Shown piece after piece: positions 9,347 to 18,713 of a DNA stretch of 64,000 nt. The position numbers and the translations under genes are program-made. Location: contig JAMLJC010000002.1 of the NCBI GenBank assembly GCA_023953845.1, positions 55,421 through 119,420 of the forward strand, given 5' to 3'. Source of the stretch: Rhizobiaceae bacterium. GTDB lineage: Bacteria > Pseudomonadota > Alphaproteobacteria > Rhizobiales > Rhizobiaceae. Below the pieces are notes generated by a model that ran no database searches, had not been told where the DNA came from, and worked only from the letters and a program-made list of their open reading frames with translations. Within the stretch, counting starts at the first letter, position 1. Each line of letters opens with the position of its first letter.

Positions 9347-10599
9347 CGCAGCATCTCCTCTTCGAAGGCGAAGCGCGACAGGAGTTCGATTCCCGTCCCG
9401 GTGATCAGAACTTGCTGTTCGAGCTTGACACCCTCGGCTCCACCCTCCTCGCCGATATAGCTCTCGACGCAAATCGTCATGCCGGGCTCGATGACGCCGT
9501 CATAGCCGGCATCGGGAAAATCGCCGTGATGGTAAAGATAGGGATATTCACCGGTCATCCCGCAGCCATGCGCCGACAGGTAGTAGCGGTTGGCGTAGTA
9601 TTTTTCGGGGATGTTCCACGCCCGGTCGGCATAGTCGCGGAAGGTCATTCCGGGCTTCAGGATGTCCATGTTGGTATGGACCTGCTCAATGGCCGTCTTG
9701 TAGAGGTCGCGCTGCGCGTCTGACGGCTTGCCCGGGCCGGAATGGAAGGTGCGCGAGAAGTCGGAATAGTAGCCGTGGCAGCCGACGACGTCGGTGTCGA
9801 GGGCGATCAGTTCGTTGTCGCCGATGACACTGCTAGCCGTCTCCTGAAACCACGGATTGGTGCGCTGGCCAGCGCTCAGGAGCCGCGTCTCGCAGTAGTC
9901 ACCGTTCTGCTCGATGACCGACTTGTGCAACACCGACCAGAGTTCGTTCTCGGTCATGCCGGGACGGATCGCATCGCGCAGCTTGCCGACGCCGACTTCG
10001 GTCGCCCGCAGCGAGGCGTTGATGCACTTCATCTCTTCCGCTGATTTGATCGCGCGGGCCATCTCGACGGGCTGCTGGGCGTCGACGATGCGCAGGCCTT
10101 GTGCCGCCAATGCAATCGAGGTTCCGGCATTGAGGCGCTCAAGGCCGACCGTTACGCCCTTGCCGACCAGTTCAAAGATCAGGTCGTTCATCTCGTCCGC
10201 CCAGATGCGCTCTCGGTCGGCGATATGCGGCCCTGCAGCGACGAAGCTCGCCGTCTTCGACGGACGGACCTCATCCACCGTCTCGTAGCCGTCGGCAAGA
10301 TGCAGGCAGCCGGTGAACTCGAACAGGATCGATCGATTGGCGGTCATCAGCAGATAGCGCGACGGCGCATTGCGCATCGAGAACACCTGCATGTTGCGGG
10401 TGCCGGTGGCGTAGCGGATGTTGACCGGATCGGAGAGGATGATCGCGTCGACCCCATATTTCGCCATCTGCTCGCGCACCCGGCCTTGCCGGTAGAGGCG
10501 AACCTGCCTCAGGTCGATGCCCTCGCTTTCCGGTGCCCTGTCGAGCAGCGCTATGCCGGAGAGATCGCTGCGTTCAGCGTGCCAGTCGAAATTTGCCAT
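9343..10599 (-). CDS. M24 family metallopeptidase-fold hydrolase (creatinase / DoeA / DddP-like)
   Basis: Creatinase-N-like N-terminus plus a pita-bread domain (ALDTDVVGCHGYYSDFSRTF, CVESYIGEEGG..GVKLEQQ). An alternative start at 10629 adds 10 aa. Confidence 0.8.
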   Translation of the reverse strand: MANFDWHAERSDLSGIALLDRAPESEGIDLRQVRLYRQGRVREQMAKYGVDAIILSDPVNIRYATGTRNMQVFSMRNAPSRYLLMTANRSILFEFTGCLHLADGYETVDEVRPSKTASFVAAGPHIADRERIWADEMNDLIFELVGKGVTVGLERLNAGTSIALAAQGLRIVDAQQPVEMARAIKSAEEMKCINASLRATEVGVGKLRDAIRPGMTENELWSVLHKSVIEQNGDYCETRLLSAGQRTNPWFQETASSVIGDNELIALDTDVVGCHGYYSDFSRTFHSGPGKPSDAQRDLYKTAIEQVHTNMDILKPGMTFRDYADRAWNIPEKYYANRYYLSAHGCGMTGEYPYLYHHGDFPDAGYDGVIEPGMTICVESYIGEEGGAEGVKLEQQVLITGTGIELLSRFAFEEEMLR

Positions 10600-10680
10600 G
10601 CGAGGACCGTACCATTGCCTGGGTGCCATTCTGGCGGTGCGCCGTCGACGTGACGACGTTGGAAAATCTCATGTCTCACG

Positions 10681-10695
10681 ATAACCTGGAGTTAT
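10681..10695. promoter_or_regulatory. ATAAC-N5-GTTAT palindrome (T-N11-A, LysR-box-like) overlapping the LysR start codon
   Basis: ATAACCTGGAGTTAT read directly from the sequence, in the divergent intergenic region between the M24 operon and the LysR gene. Confidence 0.25.
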
Positions 10696-11620
10696 GAGTA
10701 AGTATCGCTCGACGTTGCCGCCGCTGGACCTCCTGATCTTTTTCGAAGCCGCGCGACGTGTTGGCAGCTTCACTGGCTGTGCATCCGAACTGCACGTTTC
10801 TCAGGCGGCGGTCAGCAAACGCATCAGGCAGTTGGAGGACTGGATCGGCGAACCGCTCTTCGTGCGTACCGGAAAGCGTGTCAGGACAACTGAGAGCGGG
10901 GAGCGGCTCTACCACACTACCACGATGGCGCTGGAATTCCTGCGCCAGGGTCTGGGCACAGCGCGCGAACAAGCGATGCGGCCACTGACGATCGGTGCAC
11001 ACACGGTGGTCGGCATGTTCTGGCTCACAGCCCAGCTGCAAGCCTTCGGGCTGTCAGGGGATGCCTGTCCGACGCGTCTCACGACATCGGACAACACGGG
11101 CGATCTCATCGCGGGCTCGAACGATCTCCTCATGATCTACAGCAACGGCACGATCCCGGGCTGGCATGCGACGCGCCTGCTGGACGAACAAATGGTGCCG
11201 ATGGCTTCGCCTGAGGTGGCGGCCAAACTCCAGGGCCACCATGCCAGTTCATTCGCGGCGTTGCGGGGTCCGGGGCTTCCGCCCCTCCTCGACTATGTGA
11301 AGGGGTCGCCCGAATGGATCGATTGGCAAGCCTGGTTCGGCAGGCTGAAGATCAAGGGACCGGAAGGCTGGACGGTTCACCGGATGAGTGCCTACTCGCA
11401 AACGATCGGCGAGGCCATCCGAGGTAACGGAATCGCGCTGGGCAGCGTAGCGCTTCTCAGGACTGAGCTTGAGACGAAGCGCCTGGTAACGCTTGGCACC
11501 GACATACTCAGGACTGACCGGGGTTACTATCTTTGCCGACCGGCTAGCGCTCCGATCCCTCGAAGCGCGACGACTGGCGGATTTTCTTCTGAGGGCTGCG
11601 ACGACGCCCTGACTATTTAG
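10694..11620 (+). CDS. LysR family transcriptional regulator
   Basis: N-terminal HTH (FFEAARRVGSFTGCASELHVSQAAVSKRIRQLE). Divergent from the M24/dehydrogenase operon. Confidence 0.9.
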   Translation: MSKYRSTLPPLDLLIFFEAARRVGSFTGCASELHVSQAAVSKRIRQLEDWIGEPLFVRTGKRVRTTESGERLYHTTTMALEFLRQGLGTAREQAMRPLTIGAHTVVGMFWLTAQLQAFGLSGDACPTRLTTSDNTGDLIAGSNDLLMIYSNGTIPGWHATRLLDEQMVPMASPEVAAKLQGHHASSFAALRGPGLPPLLDYVKGSPEWIDWQAWFGRLKIKGPEGWTVHRMSAYSQTIGEAIRGNGIALGSVALLRTELETKRLVTLGTDILRTDRGYYLCRPASAPIPRSATTGGFSSEGCDDALTI

Positions 11621-11985
11621 GGGCCGGTAGCTGTCAGTCCGGTTAGGAGTACCAGCCAGACGAAAGCGGCCCTTCAGGTCATGACCTCATCTTTGTCGTT
11701 CCTAAATCATTGATGACTTTCCGAAAGCCGCCGCTCTTGGCTCATCCCGGCTGTCGGCGTAATCGGGTCGCTTACCGCGCAACAGATTCTGGAACGCAAA
11801 ATCGGCGTAACTGTCGTCTGCTAGTGTCCGGATGGGTATCTTGGAAGTGCGTAAGGCCTCCCCGAGATCATCTCGAACGCTCGCACCTATTGTTCGGTGC
11901 CGCGAGAGAACACCGCACAGGTCGCTGGCTTGCTTACCGATTCTGACCCAACCGAGACCTTTCCCCATGTACCAAATGGCGGAGA

Positions 11986-12909
11986 TCAAAGATCCGAAGC
12001 CCCGACGCGCCTAGCTGGGGACCGGTCATGAACACAGCGGCCAAACTGGCGTGGGGTCAGTCCGGTTACCTCCCGGAAGCGGGCGGAAAAATGGCTTTGG
12101 CTGCCAAAGCCGCAGGAATGTGCCACATCGGACAACGGAATATTGCCTGCCGCAAGAAGCCGCTTGGCACGCTCTGTCCGTCTCCGCAACACGTAGCGAT
12201 ACGGGCCAAAGCCGGTCGAGCGTTTGAAGGCGCGGGCGAAGTGATAGGGACTCAGACCGGCCACAGCAGCCAGATCCTCGATCGTCAGGTCCTGCTCCAG
12301 ATGGGCTTCGACATACTCCTGTACCCGCCGCAGGACGACTGGCGCCAGACCCCCGCGGATCAAGAGCGCTCTCAGCGGGCGTTCGCTGCAGTGGGCCGCG
12401 AGGTAGGCGGTCAGCATTTCGCCAGCCTGAGTTATGGCGATGCGGTCGGCCGGCTCCTCCCACGACAGTGGCAGCACCATGGAGCGGATAATGCTTTCGA
12501 GCGACGGATCGCGTTGGAGGCCCTCTTCGCGCAGGCTTATCAGGCTGGGGTCGGCATCGAGCGTCTCCACCACCCGCGATTCGAACACCGGCGTCGGGAT
12601 ATAGAAGTGGAGGAGCCTGCCTTTCCCGGCAGCTTCCCAGGTGGTCGACGCGCCGGCCGGCACAACCCAGAGACTGCTTTCGCCATGGATGGGATCGTAG
12701 CTGCGTCCGCGCAGCCGGCGAAAGCCCGCGCCCTCCGCGACCCAGAAACTGAGCGTATGGTGGTTGGCCGGCTTATAGCGGTAATGCCCGCGTCCTTCCC
12801 GCTCCCAGAGCGCGGCCGCCAAGCCCTCCCCGAAGCGTGCCGAGGCCCGCAAGGGAACACCCGACTGCTGCAAATGGTTGAAGGTGGCGTACTCCTGCAG
12901 TCGTACCAT
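11986..12909 (-). CDS. AraC family transcriptional regulator
   Basis: C-terminal HTH pair (LAAVAGLSPYHFARAFKRSTGFGPYRYVLRRRTERAKRLL). Confidence 0.85.
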   Translation of the reverse strand: MVRLQEYATFNHLQQSGVPLRASARFGEGLAAALWEREGRGHYRYKPANHHTLSFWVAEGAGFRRLRGRSYDPIHGESSLWVVPAGASTTWEAAGKGRLLHFYIPTPVFESRVVETLDADPSLISLREEGLQRDPSLESIIRSMVLPLSWEEPADRIAITQAGEMLTAYLAAHCSERPLRALLIRGGLAPVVLRRVQEYVEAHLEQDLTIEDLAAVAGLSPYHFARAFKRSTGFGPYRYVLRRRTERAKRLLAAGNIPLSDVAHSCGFGSQSHFSARFREVTGLTPRQFGRCVHDRSPARRVGASDL

Positions 12910-13151
12910 GACAGTTTAGGTAATCAGAATCTCCCGGCCAGCAAGACCGCTGTCCATTCCGCAGCAAGATCAGAACAAAACCCGGAGCTTTTGGGATGAC
13001 AATGCTGCGGTGACTACCCTATGTGTCTGCCACGAACTTGATGGCGATGAGTTAGAGCGGTCCGGATTGCAGCAATGTTCGGAGCCCGTACCGCCAAGAA
13101 TGCGATGCGGTCTGAAGCTGCGAATTAACCGCCAACACTGAGGAATGCACC

Positions 13152-14285
13152 ATGCTGAACCATCCCCAGCGCGCTGCCGCGCGCACGACGACGCTTGCCC
13201 GCGAACGTCCTGCCTGGATTCCATTCGGGCCGGACCTGAACGTTGCCGTCTCGCCGCACGCCATCGAAGCGGAGCTTCCTTCCGCCATCCCGCTGATGGC
13301 GCTTTCGACCGGTTTCTGGGCCTTCAAAACCCTCGCCGCCGCGCACGAACTCGACCTCTTCAGTCGCCTTGCCGGCGGCGCAGGCATCGCGGTTGAAGAG
13401 CTGGCGGAAACGCTTGGTCTGCACCCGCGCCCGGCGGAAATGCTGTTGACCGGCTGCGCTGCGCTCGGGCTTCTGGAGAAAACCGACGGCCGTTATCGCA
13501 ACACGCCGCTAAGCGAGACCTATCTCGTGCGCGGGAAGCCCTACTATTTTGGCGGCTTCGTGCAGATGGCCGACAAGCGGCTCTACCCGGGCTGGGGCAA
13601 ACTTGACGAAGCGCTGCGCACGAACCGGCCAACCACGTGGAATCCCGACACGCAATCCTCGCTATTCGACGGCGAGGATCCGACGATGATGGCAGTTTTC
13701 TGGGAGGCGATGCATTCGCTTTCCACAATGACCGCGCGCAAGCTCGGCGAAGCGGTGGATCTCAGTGATTTCCATCGCCTCCTGGACATTGGCGGCGGAT
13801 CGGGCGCCTACGACATCGAGCTTTGCAAACAGCACGGGGCGCTGCGTGCGACCGTGTTCGACCTGCCACATGTGGCCGAGATCGCGGCGGGCAAGATCGC
13901 CGAGGCCGGCCTGGCCGACCGGGTGGACGCCGTCGGCGGCAGCTTCTTCGACGGCGTGCCTGATGGCTACGACGTGCATCTCCTGTCGATGATCATGCAC
14001 GATTGGGATGAGACGAAGAACCGCGCCCTGCTCAGCCGATCCTTCGAGGCTTTGCCGAACGGCGGCGCAGTCGTCATCAGCGAGCTTCTCGTCAATGACG
14101 AAAAGACCGGGCCGGCGCCGGCCGCGCTGATGAGCCTCAACATGCTGATCGAGACCGAAGGCGGACGAAACTACACGTCGGCCGAATATTCGGCCTGGCT
14201 CGAGGAAGCCGGTTTCCGGGACATCGAGACGGTCTGGTTCGACGGGCCTGCCGCGAGCGGCGCCGTGATCGGCCGCAAGCCCTAG
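13152..14285 (+). CDS. O-methyltransferase (methyltransferase-2 family, dimerisation domain plus SAM domain)
   Basis: LLDIGGGSGAY SAM motif and an N-terminal winged-helix-like region (FWAFKTLAAAHELDLFSRLA). The exact start is uncertain. Confidence 0.8.
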   Translation: MLNHPQRAAARTTTLARERPAWIPFGPDLNVAVSPHAIEAELPSAIPLMALSTGFWAFKTLAAAHELDLFSRLAGGAGIAVEELAETLGLHPRPAEMLLTGCAALGLLEKTDGRYRNTPLSETYLVRGKPYYFGGFVQMADKRLYPGWGKLDEALRTNRPTTWNPDTQSSLFDGEDPTMMAVFWEAMHSLSTMTARKLGEAVDLSDFHRLLDIGGGSGAYDIELCKQHGALRATVFDLPHVAEIAAGKIAEAGLADRVDAVGGSFFDGVPDGYDVHLLSMIMHDWDETKNRALLSRSFEALPNGGAVVISELLVNDEKTGPAPAALMSLNMLIETEGGRNYTSAEYSAWLEEAGFRDIETVWFDGPAASGAVIGRKP

Positions 14286-14365
14286 AGCCACGGGATGGAG
14301 GCAAGCATGAGCATTTAGGACTTCGGATCTGCCGTGGCGCGCGTGGCATCGCAGACAGGCAGACG

Positions 14366-14527
14366 GTGGCGCCCGCAGCATTCGCGCCGCTGGCAGCGGC
14401 GATCGTATCGCTGTCCGCCAACGCGGCCGACAGCAAGCTGCTCGAACGGGGGAAATACCTGGTGACCATCGGGAGTTGCACCGATTGCCACACGCCGGGA
14501 CATTTCCTCGGCAAGCCGGACACGACG
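14366..14527 (+). pseudogene. cytochrome c N-terminal fragment
   Basis: Signal-like AAIVSLSANA followed by KLLERGKYLVTIGSCTDCHTPGHF (CxxCH haem motif). The reading then breaks off where the DctP fragment on the opposite strand begins. Confidence 0.5.
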
Positions 14528-14529
14528 CG

Positions 14530-15070
14530 TCACCTCTCGCCCATGATTGATGTGACCTCCGCAAGGGTGCGGCCCGCATTCTCAACGCCTTTGCTTTCCT
14601 GATGCGACGCCCAGGCAGCCTGCACGCCCTCGTATTGCGTGGCGGCTTCAAACTGGGCTACTTCCTCGGTGGTGAGGACCCGCACGGTCGCCCCGGCCTT
14701 CTTGAGATCCTCCAGCTGCGCGTCGAAGCTTTGCTCCATCACGGCGCCCAAGGTCTCGTAGGATTTTCTGGCGGCGCGGCCGATGGCGTCCCTGTCCTCC
14801 TGTGCGAGGCTGTTCCAGACATCCTTGTTCATCGCCAGAATATAGACATGCCCCAGCCGCAGATCCTTCGAGACCAGCACATGAGGGGCGCTTTCGTGGA
14901 CTTTCAGCAGGTTGCCACTGTCGACGTTCACCATGAGGCCGTCCAGCGTCCCGGCCTTCAGGGCTGCGGGGATTTCCGGTCCCCAGTGCATGGTGACGGG
15001 CGTCGCCCCCGCACAGGCTTCGCGAGGAAGCTCGCCTCCTGTCACAAGCGTATCTCTTGGCCGCCGCGGA
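14530..15070 (-). pseudogene. TRAP transporter DctP-type substrate-binding protein, 3' fragment
   Basis: Only the C-terminal ~170 residues look authentic (GATPVTMHWGPEIPAALKAGTLDGLMVN...WNSLAQEDRDAI...). The N-terminal half of the protein is missing. Confidence 0.6.
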
Positions 15071-15188
15071 CGCCACGCCTTGCCTGTCGCGGTAGTTCCA
15101 TAGGCTTCGAGGGCGTTCGCTGCCGAAGCTCGTTGAATGTGTGAAAGGCAGCTTTTACCGCGTAGCGGCCCAAAACCTGCCAGTCTTT

Positions 15189-15244
15189 TTCCCCACCAAT
15201 AGGTGCCGGAGGACTTGGCCCGCCCGCTTCCAAAGTGGGAAATG
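15189..15244 (+). repeat. copy 2 of the ~55-bp dispersed repeat
   Basis: TTCCCCACCAATAGGTGCCGGAGGACTTGGCCCGCCCGCTTCCAAAGTGGGAAATG, matching 5293-5347. Lies about 130 nt from the 3' end of the IS110-family transposase gene. Confidence 0.55.
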
Positions 15245-15372
15245 ATTTCCCGTGACCGAACTGGGGCCATGTATGGACGGCTCTCCGTTGGCAAGGGGTT
15301 CGTTCGGCTTTGTGCATTAGCTTCTGTCCGCCCTTTCCAACCTCGTCAGCGATCGCTCGCCTTTTTCTTGCT

Positions 15373-16416
15373 TTATGCGACGACCGGCTCCCTGTAGCGC
15401 TCGCCGCCTGTCATCAATGCCCAGACCATCCGGGCGGTCTTGTTGGCGAGCGCGACGGCCGCCACCTTGGTCGTTCGTCGCGCCATTAGCTGTACGAGCC
15501 ATGGCCGCCTGGTGCCGTTCCGCGCGGCATAGCGGATGACCGCCATCGCTCCGACCACGAGCAGCTGTCGCAGGTAGCGATTGCCGGCCTTGGAGATACT
15601 GCCGAGCTTCTCCTTGCCCCCGCTCGAGTTTTGCTTTGGAACGAGCCCTATCCAGGCCGAGAGATACCGCCCTGACTTGAATGCGTGCGGATCGGCGATG
15701 GTCGCGAAGAACGCGCTCGCCAGCAGCGGGCCGACGCCTGGAATCTCCATCAACCTGCGACCCAACTCCGTCTCTCGCGCACTCGCACGGACCCGGCGAT
15801 CGTTTTCAAGGATCTGTTCCTTTACGACCTGGAGCTGTGCCTCCAGCATTCGCAGACAAAGCCGTGCGTCTGCGGGTATCTTGGCGTCTTTCTCGTCGTT
15901 GACGACAGCGAGCAGTTGCTCGATTTCATTCCGCCCGATCGGAGCCACAACCCCGAACTCGGATAGGTGTGACCGCAGCGCATTCGATATCTGAGTGCGC
16001 TGGCGGTTGAGCATCAACCGGACCCGGTGCAGCATCATTACGCTTTGCTGCCCGGGCGACTTCACCGGCACAAAGCGCATCGTCGGCCGCGTCACTGCCT
16101 CGCATATAGCCTATGCATCTGCAGCGTCGTTCTTCTGTCGCTTCAGATAGGGCTTCACATATTGAGCCGGCAGCAGCCGCACATCGTGGCCAAGTGCGAT
16201 GAGCTCACGAGCCCAGTAGTGCGACGAACTGCAAGCCTCGATACCGACCAGGCATCGCGGCAAGCCCTTGAAGAATGCCAGCACGCGCCCCCGCGTAAGC
16301 TTCTTGCGAACAGCAACCTCACCAGCCGCATCCACGCCGTGAACTTGAAACACGGACTTCGCGATATCAAGACCGATCGTCGTAACGTTGCTCACCATAG
16401 CGCTCCTCCAGCTCAA
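15373..16416 (-). mobile_element. IS110-family element; transposase gene interrupted by an in-frame TAG (element ends not determined)
   Basis: ORFs 16111-16416 (DEDD-type N-domain, TTIGLDIAKSVFQVHGVD...KNDAADA) and 15373-16095 (IS110 C-domain) are in the same frame. They are separated only by TAG at 16111-16113: ...DAADA*AICEAVTRPTMRFV.... Confidence 0.85.
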
Positions 16417-16599
16417 ATCCCGCGATCATACCGCAGGGAGGGAGGAGAGCCGTCCACCGCATCAACAGCGGAATGGCAGCTTCGGAGAGCGGCGGCCCCA
16501 GGAGCAGACTCGACTCTATAGGTGGGCATCGAAGTGCGCGGCAATTCGTCGTCATGTTCACGCGTCTCGCGCCACGCTCAGCGGATCCGGTATCCCACC

Positions 16600-18674
16600 T
16601 CATTGGGTCCGGTCGACGCCGGCCTTGAACTCGTAGCGCCATGTCGGCTTGCCGGAATCTCCCCCGCAGATGTCGTCGAAGGTCCACACCTTTGTTGCCG
16701 AGCGGAGCGGTTGGCCCGGCAGCGACGCCCATGTGTCGAGGAACCATTTGGTCTGCCAGCCGCCAGGCGGCGCCCTTCCCGACACGCCGCACATCAGGTG
16801 ATCGGCGACAACCCAGTCGAAGGCGGTGAAGTCGTCGCGCTCCGTCGCCTCCACTCGCGCCGACGAGGTGTAGTTGATCCACGTTCCCCGGTTGTTGTCC
16901 GTCGGGAAGCGGCCGCCATAGACCCGTGGCTTGCCGTCGACGCCTGTCATCGGGAAGTCCGGCCACATATCTGGGAAACGGTAGGTGTCGTTGCCGGCAT
17001 TGTCGACGTTCAGGTCGTAGTCGACAGAGTTCAGCTGGCCGCCGTTGGAGAACTGCCGGATCCGGATCTCGTCCGTATTGTTCAGCGGATCGGAGACCTG
17101 GATGTCGTCGCCGAACGGATTCCAGATGGTAAAGAGGTAATCGTCCTCGATGTTGGTGGTGCTGATCGCCTGGAACACCACCGATTTCAGGTTGGTGTCC
17201 CAGGTGAGGTAGGCAGCATGCGGGCGGGAGGTGTCGTCGCGCCTTGTCCGGACGTAATAGGCCTTCCGGCCCGTATCCGGTTCGGGCGTGAGGTTCCAGG
17301 CCGCGTCGACGTTCGCGGTATCGGTCCTGCCTCCGCCCAGCAATGCCGCTTCCTGCGGGAAGCGCCACAGCGTCGCTCCATGGGCATCGGCCGTCGCCTT
17401 GTCGGTGAACACGTCCATCTCGTAGGCGCGTGAGCAATTGCCGCCGGACGCCGCCACATTCGTGCAGGCCTGGCCGTCAAGGCTGCCGACATTGGCGATG
17501 CTGAGCGTCTGGAAGTCGGTTGCGGAGGAGGGCTTCTGCATCTCCACCTGGAACCAGCAGGAATCCTGCCCGGCGCCGAACCAGCCCTGTTCCGTCGTGT
17601 CGAGGTCCGCCTTGATCCCCGAGGAGACGGCGATCGCCTCGACCGGCTTGCGGCAGGTCCGCTTGCGGAAGCGGACGTGATAGCGGCCGGTGCAGCTCGT
17701 GCAGCGGCGGGCGATTCCGGGCTTGTTGACCTTGTCGACGTAGCGGGCCGGCGTGATGCGGAAATAGAGCTGGCCGGGGCTGCGGAAGGTGACCCGCGTC
17801 TCCGGCTTTCCGCAGGCCTCCGCAATCGTCCCGCCGTTCTGCGGGTCGGGATTGGCGATCGCCGAGCCGTTCGATTCACTGTTGCAGGCCGGATCGCCGG
17901 GCACCCGTCGACATGCTGCTTGGAATCGGCCACGGGAATGGGCGTCGAGATGTCGGACGGCAGGAAGGCCTCGACCATGATGCCGTACATGCCAGAATCC
18001 TTCCCCTCAATGATCAGATCGAAGGCGCCCGGCTCGCTGACGAAGAACCATTCGTTGGCACCGCGATGGCGGAACCAGCCATTGTGCACGCCCGCCTTGC
18101 TGTCGTAGCCGGGCTTGTTCGGGTCCGGGAACGGCGCCGTATTGGGCTCGCGCCACAAATGCGGGTTCGCCTTGGCCTCCATCGGGTTGCAATAGGGCGC
18201 TTCCGGGCCGACCTCGATGATCGTGCCGAAATGGTCAGAATAGGCGAAGTCGCGCGCCAGGCTCACATGCTGGACGCAGGACCGCTTCTCCAGCCAAGCC
18301 GGCGACGGACCGGGATACGGGCGTCCCGTGCCCGGCGCGTTGCGGATGTTGGAGGTGTGGAAACGGGCAAGCACCGTATCGTAGCGCGAGCCGCTGTCGA
18401 AGCCCGCCTTTGGATCGGGCGGCGCGTAGCGGTTGCCGCAGGTCTCCCGCTCGAACTCGGTGCAGGCGATCACGGTCCGGCGGCCGGAGACGTCGAAGGT
18501 GAGGCCTGCATCGCCGGCCGGATTCTCCAGCCACAGGTCGTAGAAATCCGAGAAGGTGCGCGCCGTGTTGCGCGGATCGAAGAACGTCCAATATTGCTGG
18601 TAGAGGGTCGGCGTCGGCCCATCGCCCGGATCGCGTGCTCGCCTGGAAGCCCCAGGAACTGGCTCGCTAAGCAC
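16600..18674 (-). pseudogene. Cys-rich protein of unknown family, frameshifted and probably 5'-truncated (~690 codons)
   Basis: Frame A (GTG 18674 down to about 17905) reads as plausible protein up to ...ISTPIPVADSKQHVDG, then turns into Arg/Ser/Pro junk. Frame B (17904 to 16600) continues plausibly with PGDPACNSESNGSAIANPDPQNGG.... No signal peptide. A stop lies 12 nt upstream of the GTG. Confidence 0.6.
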
Positions 18675-18713
18675 CCATCCCCTTCACACACAAACCTGCA
18701 TAGCGGAGTAATC

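Noticed and set aside
11702-11989. 95-aa minus-strand ORF, and the overlapping plus-strand ORFs, in the lower-GC spacer between the LysR and AraC genes
   Set aside because: No motif, no convincing RBS, and overlapping alternative frames of similar length. There is insufficient support for a gene.
16367-17437. 356-aa minus-strand ORF, the 303-aa plus-strand ORF 16522-17433, and similar long ORFs overlapping the Cys-rich gene
   Set aside because: Arg/Pro/Gly/Ala-dominated low-complexity translations, typical of off-frame or antisense reading in GC-rich DNA. A more protein-like frame covers the same DNA.
17913-18713. N-terminal half of the 527-aa plus-strand ORF 17913-19496
   Set aside because: It is antisense to the Cys-rich gene and low in complexity. 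The HMGL-like homology only begins at MAQPWIKDQ (18714).
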